Below are positions 12,302 through 24,199 of a stretch of DNA of 64,000 nt, piece by piece. Within the stretch, counting starts at the first letter, position 1. Each line of letters opens with the position of its first letter. The position numbers and the translations under genes were made by a program. Source of the DNA: Heterodontus francisci (taxonomy: Eukaryota); assembly GCF_036365525.1 (NCBI RefSeq), contig NC_090415.1, positions 11,160,001 through 11,224,000 on the forward strand, written 5' to 3'. The notes under the pieces were generated by a model. The model ran no database searches. It had not been told where the DNA came from and saw only the letters and a list, made by a program, of their open reading frames with translations.

Positions 12302-13319
12302 AAGTGATAGACGAATACTGACTGAACACACGTCAGTTGCTGTCTGTGAGTGAGGGGCTTTGGAAAACTTTCCCTTGTACCATGTCACAGATACAGTAAG
12401 GAAGGATGGAGTAGATGAGTCTATGTCTTTCTCCAGTACTGAATTGCAGTGGGGTGGATGTTTAATCAGTCTCTAACTGTCTCTTTTTGGGTGAGGAGGT
12501 AACAGAAAGGAGACCAGTTCCCCTCCCTGAGTACCTGTCACTGCTTCTATCCTGTGTGTGTAGGATTCACCCTGAGTCCCTCTATCCAGCTTTACCTGCT
12601 CTATCTGCAAAAGTGCTGAACCTTTCAGTTTTTGGTCTGCTCAAACCGAGTTCAAGGCCTGAGTAGTGAACAGAATGTCTCATTAATTCTTTGAATACTA
12701 ACATGATTGAACAACAGGTTATGATCGACTCGGCCAAAGATTGGAAAAATCCCCGTCCATCAATATTACAACAGGGACTGCGAGAATCTCCTGTCTCAGA
12801 GTGTTTAAGGGATACAGACCGAGGCATCGGCAACTAACCCCTGAAAATCACAGCAAAGACTGTGTACATGAGGACATTTAACAACTGGGAGCTGGGACTC
12901 TGGGACGGTCCAGCTCTATTCTCACTGTGCTTGTGTGTCCGGTGTAATCGCGTGTCTCTTGTTTAAAATAAAACGATGAAGATTGCCGTCCGGTATTACT
13001 CTCATTGACCTGGGTTTTCACTCGGGTAAAATAAAATGTTGCTGGCTGATATTAACTCTGCAAAGTCCCAGCAAACACACCGGCTCCCTCATTCTTCCCA
13101 TGTTTCTGTCGCTTTGAGAAGAGGGGCTCAATAGTAACAAACACCCTGCAGACAGAGTCCGCAATTTGAGCATCTAAATGGGACCAGCTGCCAGTTTTAT
13201 ATGTTCCATGTTCCCCCACACTTCCCCTCCCTCCCTCCACCCTAACCACATGTTTGACTTTTCAATGTGGACATTGGGAGATGTTCCCATTGATGTTTAT
13301 TTGCTGAATTATTGCAGAG

Positions 13320-13475
13320 ATCTGCGCACGCGCGAGAAAGGCCAGTCGAATATGACGTCATAACGCGGAGAAGAGCGCATGCGCACCCCATCCCCCAGCT
13401 CTGTCTCTGAGCGCCATTCACTGTGATTGTTTAAATCAGCTGCAAATGGAGACATTACAAGCCTGGGGTAAGTGA
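13320..13475 (+). promoter_or_regulatory. CpG-rich promoter-like segment: NRF1-type GCGCATGCGC (13375-13384), CRE TGACGTCA (13353-13360), splice donor GTAAGT (13468-13473)
   Basis: Motifs seen directly; paralog at 42590-42760. Confidence 0.6.
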
Positions 13476-13766
13476 ACAAACAGTATCTGCTCACAGCAGT
13501 ACAACAGATTTGGGCCCGTGTCTGCCGATGTGCTCATAGATTAGCATTGATTACCGGGTACATTCAGTGGGAGTGGGGGACAGTTTGTAATGTACATTGT
13601 GGAGCAGGAACTGGTCCTGGAACATGGAGTGAGCTGGGGGGTGGGGGGGGGGGGAAGGGAGAGGTCTTTCTCAGGCAGTGTCTGGCCAGGGAGAGAGAGA
13701 CAGAATATGATGAACTCACTATTGAAAATCATTGCTGATTTCTCTCTCCAAACAGTAATGAATGTT

Positions 13767-14232
13767 ATAATTAAAAGCAAAATACTGCGGATGCTGGAAA
13801 TCTGAAATAAAAACAAGAAATGTGGCGCAGTGGTTAGCACCGCAGCCTCACAGCTCCAGCGACCCGGGTTCAATTCTGAGTACTGTCTGTGTGGAGTTTG
13901 CAAGTTCTCCCTGTGTCTGCGTGGGTTTTCTCCGGGTGCTCCGGTTTCCTCCCACAAGCCAAAAGACTTGCAGGTTGGTCGGCAAATTGGCCATTATAAA
14001 TTGCCCCGAGTATAGGTAGGTGGTAGGGAAATATAGGGACAATTGGGGATGTGGTAGGAGTATGGGATTAGTGTAGGATTACTATAAATGGGTGGTTGAT
14101 GGTCGGCACAGACTCAGTGGGCCGAAGGGCCTGTTTGAGTGCTGTATCTCTAAACTAAACTAAACTCAGCAGGTCTGGCTGTATCTGTGGAGAGAGAAGC
14201 AGAGTTAACGCTTCAGGTCAGTGACCCTTCTT
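13767..14232 (-). mobile_element. Short Penelope pLTR-derived element with hammerhead core, containing a nested SINE
   Basis: TSD CAGTAATGAATGTT (13753-13766, 14233-14246); empty paralogous site near 19680-19691. Confidence 0.8.
13822..14166 (+). mobile_element. HE1-type SINE
   Basis: tRNA-like head GTGGCGCAGTGGTTAGCAC..GGTTCAATTC, V-domain, tail GGGCCGAAGGGCCTG..(CTAAA)n. Confidence 0.92.
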
Positions 14233-15589
14233 CAGTAATGAATGTTCCTGGTTCAGATCCAGTATCTCACTATTTATTGTTATTGGATATTGAATAGCAG
14301 AAAAAAATGTCTGAACAATAAAGATGCGGCAGATTTGAAGGGACCAGGTGAGAAGATTAAAGACACTTTTTTAAACAGTGCTTACTTGTTGTCCGTTGAA
14401 CAATGGGACATGGAAATAGTAATCTGGCTTACACAAATGTCGTGACTCGATCGGGTATTCCAATTCATGGAGCAGTGCGGGGCTTGGGGTGTTTCTGAAT
14501 GTCACAAAATTGTTATAAAACCGCTCCAAATACCTGGCAAGTAGAAGCAGAGTTCTGCAGTACTGCAGTGGACTCAGACACTGACACTGCTTGTGTTGTT
14601 GACTTTCCTTTTGTGATTGTTCAGAATGTTTATTATTGTAAAGATTACATTGATCACTTTTCTGTCTTCTCACTCAGCTGTTATTCAAGTATAAGAGTTA
14701 ACTTTCTTTTCCTGCAGGCAAACACTTGAAGGAACCAGAAGGAAAGGCATGACTCCTCGACAGAAGGAAATGTGCATCCAGCTCGTTGCAATACACAGTA
14801 GGTACAGTATCAGTCACAAAGCACACTGACATGGTCAGGTCGTCATTTTCAGTGTAACAAACAAAAGAAGTAGTCAGACCCACACTGATCCCAAAGAGAC
14901 ACATTATCAATTCAATAGTCAAACAGAGCATTAGAGATAGTCGTCATTTCTATTTCACTCCAACTGACTGGTAGATATATCAATCACAGTCCAAAAACAC
15001 ACGCATTATCAGATTTAAATACATTGTGTTGCCTTGACTACAATTCAATTCCCAAATCTTAAGTAGAACAGACAAAATGTACCTGATTGAATGCTACAGA
15101 ATGAATCCCAATAACGTACCCCACACTATAAACTGAGCTTCAAATTACACATCAGTCCAAACATGTTACTGAGGGTCAGACAAAAACACATAGGATTAAT
15201 TCATTTTCTACAAACGGATGGAATTTGACATTACATATCAGGTCATGTTCTAAAATTAAAAGCTCGTCATTCATAATTGCTTTTTCAGAGCGACAATTGG
15301 ATACCAAACTGCAACTCAAACAAGAATTGCATAAAACCTACAGCAATCAAATTTTGTTTATCCATATTTTAAATTAAACACATATTGATACATTAACGTG
15401 TGAAACAAAGCATTGCCAACACAGTGCCTGAAATATATATTAAGTCCTGAATACAGCAGGATCTCAACTCACATACAGCACAAAGACACATAGATGCAGA
15501 GTGAATCCTACACTCAACCAGGGTGCCAGAGCCTCACAGATCAGGAATGAATCAAATATACAGACATAGTATCAGTAACTTGCATATAC

Positions 15590-15862
15590 TTATTTATTTA
15601 TTTTATTTATTTAGCGATGCAGCACTGAAACAGGCCCTTCGGCCCACCGAGTCTCTGCCGACCAACAACCACCCATTTATACCAATCCTACATTAACCCA
15701 TATTCCCTACCACATCCCCAGCATTCTCCTACCAACACTAGAGGGAATTTACAATGGCCAATTCACCTATCAACCTGCAAGTCTTTGGCTGTGGGAGGAA
15801 ACCAGAGCACCCTGCAGAAAACCATGCGGTCACAGGGAGAACTTGCAAACTCCGCACAGACA
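15590..15862 (-). mobile_element. HE1-type SINE, 5'-truncated
   Basis: V-domain and tail on the minus strand. Confidence 0.85.
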
Positions 15863-16399
15863 AAAACTGACAGGTTCAGAATAAAATTGGCCGTCACATA
15901 CCAGAGAATGACATGTACAAATTAAACCTCAGAGCCCTATGTTAGAAACAGGCATGTACAGACTGAAAATCACATTCACTTCCGAGACAATGTAGAGATG
16001 TGGTGAAAAATCCACAATTAAAAACCAGAATGATATCCTTACTCTTATAACAGATAGTGACAGTGACAGGTTAAAAACCACAGCTACATGTTAGAAATTT
16101 AAGGGCACAGGTTAAACCTTAAATTGGCCTTCTAGACAATCAAAGATGAAATGTGAACCCCCATATCTTTTTTTTTATATATATATTCCCAAGAATGTAA
16201 CATTAACAGTCAAATCCACACTCACATACCCTAAACTGATGGGGATAAAGTACAAGCCAGACACACAGACACATCAAAATCTGAAAGGGTCAGAATAAGA
16301 TGATTCCCACATAAAACAGGTACAGAAAAACTCACACTCAAAATCAGAAACTGACAGAGATAAATTGTAGATTAGGGAATTGAGAGGTATACATTGACA

Positions 16400-19300
16400 C
16401 TTACACTCCAAAAGACTGGTGTGGGAGAAGTGGGGTTCAGTTCATGGGGCACTGGCACCATTACCGGAGAAAATGGGGGCTGTACCATTCTGACGGTCTG
16501 CACCTGAAACGGCTTGGACCAGTGTTCTGGCAAACTGCATAACTAGGGAAATAGAGAGGGCTTTGAACTAAACAGAGGGATCAAGCTTGGGTAGATGCAA
16601 CAAATCAAGGGGTAGAGTCAAGGTCAGAGAGCAGAATAGTAATATGGGAAATGAAGACCAGTGAATGGCGGAAGGGACAGAGAGAAAAAAACCTAAGAAC
16701 ACACCAACAGTCCACACGAGGGGTTACAAAGATAATAAAAATCTAAGGCTCTGTATGTGAATGCACATAGCATTCATAACAAGGTAGAGGAACAGATAGT
16801 GCACATTGAAGTAAATCAATATGATATAATAGCCATTACAGAGACTTGGCTACAAGATAACAATGGTTGGGTCCTGAATACTGAGGCATATACAGCATTC
16901 AAGAAGAATAGGAAGCTAGGTAAAGGTGGAGGGGTTGCAATGTTAATCAAGGATGGCATTGGTGCAATAGTTAGAGATGACCTTGCTTCAGGAGATCAGG
17001 ATGTAGAATTGGTTTGGGTGATGATGAGGAATAGTCGGAGAAAGAAGTCACTCGTGGGAGTTGTGTACAGGCCCCCAAGCAATAATGACAATGTAGGGTG
17101 AAGTATACAAGAAGAAATTTTGGGTGCTTGTGATAAAGGGATAGAAATAATAATGAGGATTTTGTTCAACATTTCAACCGGAAAATTCAGACTGGTTATA
17201 GCAGCCTGGACGAGGAGTTCATAGAATGCTTTTTGAGATAGTTTCTTAGAGCGGTACATTCTGGAACCATCCAGCCAGGGTTATATTAGATTTGCTATTG
17301 TGTAATTTAACAGGGTTCATTAATGACGAGTATTTTAAACTTAAATAAGGACAACAATGTGGGCATGCCAGCTGAACTAGCTGAATTGAACGGGGTTTCT
17401 AGGCTTGGAGATAAATTAATAGAGAAGCAGTGGCAGACATTTAAGGGGATATTTCAGAATACTCAAAGTATATTCCTACAGTAAAGTAAAATTCCAAGTG
17501 GAGGACCCATCATCCATGGTTAACTAAAGAAGTTAATGATAACCTCAGCCTTAAAGAAAATGCATATAATTGTGCAAAGACGAGTGGCAGGTCAGATGAT
17601 TGGTCAGAATATAATGAATGGCAGAGAATGACTAAAAGGTTAATCAGGAGAAAATAAATTAGATTATGACAGAAAATTAGCCAGAAATGTAAAAACGGAT
17701 AGCAAGTGTTTCTATAGGTATTTAAAAAGGAAAAGTGTAAGTAAAGTGAGTGTTCGTCATTTAGAGAATGAGAATGGGGAGTTAATAGTAGCGAATAAGG
17801 AAATGGTGGTTGAAATGAACAATTATTTGGCTTCTGTCTTCACTAGAGGATACACAAAATATTTCAGTAATAGCAGTAAATCAGGAGGTGGAAGGAAGAG
17901 AGGAACTTGGTGAAGTTACAATCACCAGGGAAGTGGTACTGAGTAAACTGATGGAGCTGCTGGCTGACAAGTCTCTGGGTCCTGATGGGCTTCATCCTTG
18001 GGTCCTTAAAGTTATGGCTGCTGAAATAGTTGATTCGTTATTTTTTCAAGATTCGCTAGATTCTAGAAAGGTTCCATCAGACTGGAAAGTAGCAAATATA
18101 ACCCTTCTATTCAAGAAGGTGGGGAGGCAGAAATTGGGTAACTATAGGATAGTTAGCTTGACCCCTGATTCAGGGAAGGCGTTAGAATTGATCATTAAGG
18201 AGGCTATAGCTGGGCATTTAGAAAAACACAAGGTTATTGGAAATGTTCAGCATGGCTATGTGAAAGGGAAATCATGGTTAATCAAAGTATTAGAGTTCTT
18301 TCAAGGAGGAAAATGCACTGGGGATAAAGGGGAGCCCATTGACATATAGTATTTGGTTTTCAAGAAGGCCTTTGTCAAGGTGCCACATGAAAGGTTATTG
18401 TGCAAAGCAGGAGTTCATGGTGTAGTGGGTAACTTAATTAGCATGGATAGAAGATTGGCTGGCTGACAGAAAACATTCTGATCGGGAGGATGTGATAAGT
18501 GGAGTAACACAGGGGTCTGTGCTGGGCCCACAACATTTTACACTTTATATCCATAACCTAGATGAGGGGAGCAATGGCATGGCAGTTAAATTTGCAGATG
18601 ACACACAGATCGGTAGGAAAGTGTGTTGTGGAGAGGACATAAGGAGGTTGCAGACCTTGATAGATGGTTGAGTGAGTGGTCAGAAATCTGGCAGATGAAG
18701 TATAATGTGAAAAAATGTGAAGTTGTTCACTTTGTCTGGAAGATTAAAAAAACAAAGTATTACTTAAATGGAGAACAACTGCATAATTCCGAGGTGCAGA
18801 GGGATCTAGGTGTTCTGGTGCATGAGTCATGAAAAGTTAGTATGCAGGTACAGCAAGTCATCAAGAAGGAAAATGGAATACTATCCTTTATCATGAGAGG
18901 AATTGAAAATAAATGGAAGAATGTTATGCTTCAGTTATACAGGGCATTGGTGTGACCACATCTTGAATACTGCATGCAGTTTTAGTCTCCATATTTCAGG
19001 AAGGAAGTAAATGTGTTGGAGGCGTTTCACAGGAGGTTTATTAGATTGATACCTGGAATGAGTGGGATGTCTTATGAGGAAAGGTTGGACAGACTGGGCT
19101 TTTCTTCACTGGAGTTTAGAAGAGTGAGGGGAGACTTGATTGAAGTGTATAACATCCTGAATGGTCTTGACAAGTGGATGGGGAAAGGATGTTTCCTCTT
19201 GTGGATGAGTTCAAAACTCGGGGATGCTGTTTTCGAATTTGGGGTCACCATTTTAGGACAGAGATGAGATTTATTTCTCTCCGAGGGCTGTGCAACTTTG

Positions 19301-19500
19301 GAATTCTCTGCCTCAGAAGGTGGTGGAGGTGGGGTAATTGAATATTTTTAAGGCAGGGGGAGATAGATTCTTGTTAGGCAAGGGAATCAAAGATTATCAG
19401 GCATAGATGGGAGTGTGGAATTCAACTCAGAAATTGATCAGCCATGAACAAATTGAATAGCGGCGCAAGCTCGAGCGGCTGAATGGTCTACTTCTGCTAG
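16400..19500 (+). mobile_element. Old CR1-clade LINE (ORF1 end, endonuclease, RT, tail)
   Basis: YDIIAITETWLQ, GGGVAMLIK, GVVYRPP, PGPDG-like and DWKVANIT motifs; paralogous insertion at 46170-49083. Confidence 0.88.
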
Positions 19501-21245
19501 TTCAGCAGGACTGGGGGACTGTTTGTAATATGCACTGTGAAGCAGGAACTGGACCCGGAACATGGAGTGAGCCAGGGGAAAGGGAGAGGTCTTTCTCGGG
19601 CAGTGTCTAGACAGGGAGAGAGAGACAGAATATGATGAACTCCCTTTTCAAAATCATTGCTGATTTCTCTCTCCAAAGTGTAATGAATGTTCCTGGTTTG
19701 GATTCAATATCTCACTGTTTGTTGTTGTTGGATAGTGAATTGGGTGGCAGAGTGGCACAGTGACTAGCACCGCAGCCTCACAGCTCCAGTGACATTGGTC
19801 CGGTTCTTCGTACTGCTTGTGTGGATTTTGCAACTTTTCCCTGTGACTGCATGGGTTTCCGCTGGGTGCTCTGGTTTCCTTCCACATGCCAAAGACTTGC
19901 AAGTTGATTGGTAAATTAGCCATTGCAAAAAAAGAAATGCCCCTGGTGTAGGTATGTTGTAGGAGAATAGTGGGGACTTTAGAGGGAAAAATGGGATTAA
20001 TATAGGATTGGTATAAATGGGTGGTTGATGGTCAGGAAGGACTCGATGGGCTGAAGGGCCTGTTTAGGTACTGTATATCTCTATAAATGGCGGAAAAAAA
20101 TGGCTGAATAATGGAGACACGGCAGATTTTCAAAGGCTGTCTATTGCAGGATCAGGAGAGGAGATTAAGGACACTTTTTTAAACAGTTATTACTTCTTGT
20201 CCATTGAACAATTGGACATGGAAATAGAACTCTGGCTTGTGCAAATGTCACTTCTCCATTGAGTCGTCCGATTCATTGAGCACTGCGGGGCATGGGTTGT
20301 TTCTGAATGTCACAAAATTGCTGTAAAACTGCTCCAAATACCTGGGAAACAGAAGCAGAGTACTGCAGTGGACTCAGACACTGACACTGCTTATGTGTGA
20401 ACTTTCCTTTTGTGATTGCTCAGAATGATTATTATTGAAAATATTACATTGATTACTTTTGTGTCTTCTCACTCACCTGTTCTTCAAGTGTAAGAGTTAC
20501 CTTTATTTTCTGCCAGGCAAACACTTGAAGGAACCAGAACGAAAGTCATGACTCATCAATAGATGGAAAAGTACCTCCAGCTCGTTCCAACACATATTAG
20601 GTACAGTATCAGTCACAAAGCACAGTGACACAGTCAGGTCATCATTTCCACTGTAACAAACAAAAGAAGTAGTCAGACCCACACTGATCCCAAAGAGACA
20701 CATTATCAATCCAATAGTCAAACAGAGCATCGAGATAGTATTTGTTTCTATTTCTCTCCAACTGACTGGTAGATACATGATTCACAGTCCAAAAACACAC
20801 ACATTATCTGATTTAAATACACTGTGTCACCTTGGCTACAATTCAAATACCAAATCTTAAACAGAACAGACAAAATGTACCTGATTGAAAGCTACAGAAT
20901 GAATCCCAATAACATACCCCACAATATAAACTGAGCTACAAATTACACACCAGTGTAAACATGTCACTAAGGGTCAGACAAAAATATACACGATTAGTTA
21001 ATTTACTACAAACCGATGGAATTTAACATTACATGTCAGGTCATACTCTAAAATTGAAAGATTGTCATTCACAATTGCTTTTGCAGAGATACAAATTGGA
21101 TAAAAAGCTACAACTCACAAACAAGAATTGAATAAAACCTACAGCAATAAAACATTGTTAATCCATATTTTAAATTAAACACAAGTAAACACATATTGAT
21201 ACATTAACGTGTGAAACAAAGAGTTGTCACCACAATGCCTGAGAT
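19501..21245 (+). repeat. Local duplicate of about 13563-15430
   Basis: Colinear unique sequence (e.g. GCAAACACTTGAAGGAACCAGAA at 14718 and 20517) carrying different TE insertions. Confidence 0.88.
19742..20085 (+). mobile_element. HE1-type SINE (older copy)
   Basis: Head, V-domain and tail all recognisable. Confidence 0.85.
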
Positions 21246-21259
21246 ACATATGAAGTACC

Positions 21260-22800
21260 GGATATTCCAAAATTCTGTAGACTCTGGAGCAGTTCGTACA
21301 GATTGGAGGGTAGAAAATGTAACCTCACTATTTAAAACAAGGAGGGAGAGGAAAAAAAGGAATTACAGACAGAACCTTACATCAGTAGTGGGGAAAATGC
21401 TGGAGTCCATTATAAAGGATGTGATAGCTTTACAAAAGAGAAGTCATGCTTAACAAATCCACTGGAGTTTTTTGAGGATGTAACTAGCAGACTCGATAAT
21501 GGAGAACTAGTGGATGTGGTGCATTTGGATTTTCAGAAGGCTTTTGACAAGGTCCCACATCAGAGGTTAGTGTGCAAAATTAAAGCACATGGGATTGGGG
21601 GTAATATACTGGCAGGGATTGGGAATTCATTCACAGACAGGAAACAGAGTAGGAATAAATGGGTATATTTCTGGGTGGCAGGCAGAGTCCAGTGGGGTCC
21701 TGCAGGAAACTGTGCTTGAGCCCCAGCTATTCACAATATATCTTACAGACTAGGGTGAGGGAAGTAAATGTAACATTTCCAGGTTTGCAGATGACACAGA
21801 GCTGGGGGTGGGGTTTGGTGGGGGATTGTGAGCTGTGAGGAGGATGCAAAAGGCTCCAATGTGATTTGGACAAGTTTGGTGAGTAGGCAATTGCGTGGCA
21901 GATTAAATATAAATTGGATAAAAGTGAAGTTATCCACTTTGGTTTTAAAATAGTAAAGCAGATTATTATCTGAATAGTGATAGATAGGTAAAGGGGGAGG
22001 TGCAACTAGACCTGGGTGTCCTTGTACATCAGTCGCTGAAAGCAAGCATTCAGGTGCAGCAAGCAATTAGGAAGGAAAATGGTATGTTGGCCTTCGTTGC
22101 AAGAGGATTTGAGTGCAGGAGCACAGATGTCTTACTGCAGTTATACAAGGCCTTGGTGAGACTCATCTGGAGTACTTAGAGTCATGGAGTGATACAGCAC
22201 TGAACCAGGCCCTTTGGGCAACCGAGTCTGTGCTGACCAACAACCACCCATTTTTATACTAATCCTACATTAACCCCATCCAACCAACAATCACCTATTT
22301 ACACTAATCCTACATTAATCCCATATTCCCTACCTCTACCCACCTTCCCTACCACCAACCTATACTAGGGGCAATTTACAATGGCCAATTTACCTATCAA
22401 CCTGCAAGTCTTTGGCTGTGGGAGAAAATCAGAGCACCCAGCGGAAACCCACATGGTCACAGGAAGAACTTGCAAACTCCGCACAAGCAGTACCCAGAAC
22501 CAAACCCATGTCGCTGGAGCTGTGAGGCTGTGGTGCCAACCACTGTGCCACCGTATTGTGTGTAGTTTTGGTCTATTTGTCTTAGGAATTTTGTTCTCGC
22601 CTTGGTTCCTGGGATGGCAGGATTGATGTAGGAGGAGAGATTGGGTCAAGTAGGCCTACATTTACTTTGGTTTAGAAGAATGAGAGGGGATCTCATAGAA
22701 ATCAATAAAATTCTAACAGGATTCATGCTGAATGCAGGGAGGATGTTCCCGATGGCTGGGGAGTCCAGAACCAGGGGTCACAGTCTCAGGATACGGGGTA
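21260..22800 (+). mobile_element. Degenerate CR1 RT fragment interrupted by a SINE
   Basis: DWRVENVTSLFK and DVVHLDFQKAFDKVPHQRL motifs. Confidence 0.8.
22178..22554 (-). mobile_element. HE1-type SINE
   Basis: Reverse-complement head, V-domain and tail. Confidence 0.87.
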
Positions 22801-22811
22801 TAGAACAGTAC

Positions 22812-23158
22812 AGCACAGTGGCGCAGTGGTTAGCACTGCAGCCTCACAGCTCCAGCGACCCGGGTTCAATTCTGGGTACTGCCTGTGTGGAGTTTGCAAG
22901 TTCTCCTTGTGTCTGCGTGGGTTTCCTCCGGCTGCTCTGGTTTCCTCCCACATGCCAAAGACTTGCAGGTTGATAGGTTAATTGGCCATTATAAATTGCC
23001 CCTAGTATAGGTAGGTGGGAGGAAATATAGGGACATGTGGGGATGTGGTAGGAATATGGGATTAGTGTAGGATTCGTATAAATGGGTGGTTGATGGTCGG
23101 CACAGACTCAGTGGGCCGAAGGGCCTGTTTCAGTGCTGTATCTCTAAACTGAACTAAA
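22812..23158 (+). mobile_element. HE1-type SINE inserted in the tail of a CR1
   Basis: Full head to (CTAAA)n tail. Confidence 0.9.
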
Positions 23159-24196
23159 CAGTACAGGCCCTTCGGCCCACGATGTTGTGCCTAACCTTTA
23201 ACCTACTCGAAGATCAAACTACCTGCATACCCTTCTTTCTACTATCATCCATGTACCTATCCAAGAGTCGCTTAAATGTTCCTAATGTATCTGCTTCTAC
23301 TACCACCACTGGCAGTGCATTCCACGCACCCACCACTCTCTGTGGAAAAACCCTACCTCTGACATCTCCCCGAAACCTTTCTCCAATCACCTTAAAATTA
23401 TGCCCCCTGGTGATAGCCCTTTCCGCCCTGGGAAAAAGTTTCTGGCTATCCACTCTATCTATGCCTCTCATCATCTTGTACCCCTCTATCAAGTCACCTC
23501 TCATCCTTCTTCGCTCCAATGAGAAAAGCCATAGCTCCCTCAACCTTTCTTCGTAAGACATGCCCTCCAGTCCAGGCAGCATCCTGGTAAATCTCTTCTG
23601 CACCCTCTCTAAAGCTTCCACATCCTTCCTATAATGAGGCGACCAGAACTGAACACAATATTCCAAGTGTGGTCTAACCAGGGCTTTATAGAGCTGCAGC
23701 ATAACCTCGCGGCTCTTAAACTCAATCCCCCTGTTAATGAAAGCCAACACACCATACGCCTTTTAACAACCCTTATCAACTTGGGTGGCAACTTTGAGCG
23801 ATCTATGGACATGGACCCCAAGATCCCTCTGTTCCTCCACACTACCAAGAATCCTGTCTTTAAGCCTGTATTCTGCATTCAAATTCGACCTTCCAAAATG
23901 ATTCACTTCACACTTTTCCAGGTTGAACTTCATCTGTCACTTCTCAGCCCAGCTCTGCATCCTGTCAATGTCCCGTTGCAACCTACAACAGCCTTCCACA
24001 CTATCCACAACTCCAGCAATCTTCGTGTCATCGGCAAACTTGCTAACCCAGCCTTCCACTTCCTCATCCAAGTCATTTATAAAAATCACAAAGAGCAGAG
24101 GTCCCAGAACAGATACCTGCAGAACACCACTGGTCACCGAGCTCCAGGCTGAATACTTTCCATCTATTACCACCCTCTGTCTTCTATGGGCCAGCC
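23159..24196 (-). mobile_element. 5'-truncated CR1-clade LINE
   Basis: ORFs 23937-24275 ([12 protein letters not shown]) and 23214-23750 ([17 protein letters not shown]). Confidence 0.92.
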
Positions 24197-24199
24197 AAA

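Noticed and set aside
13822-13885. tRNA-like sequences with A and B boxes
   Set aside because: They are SINE heads continuing into V-domain and LINE-derived tails, not tRNA genes
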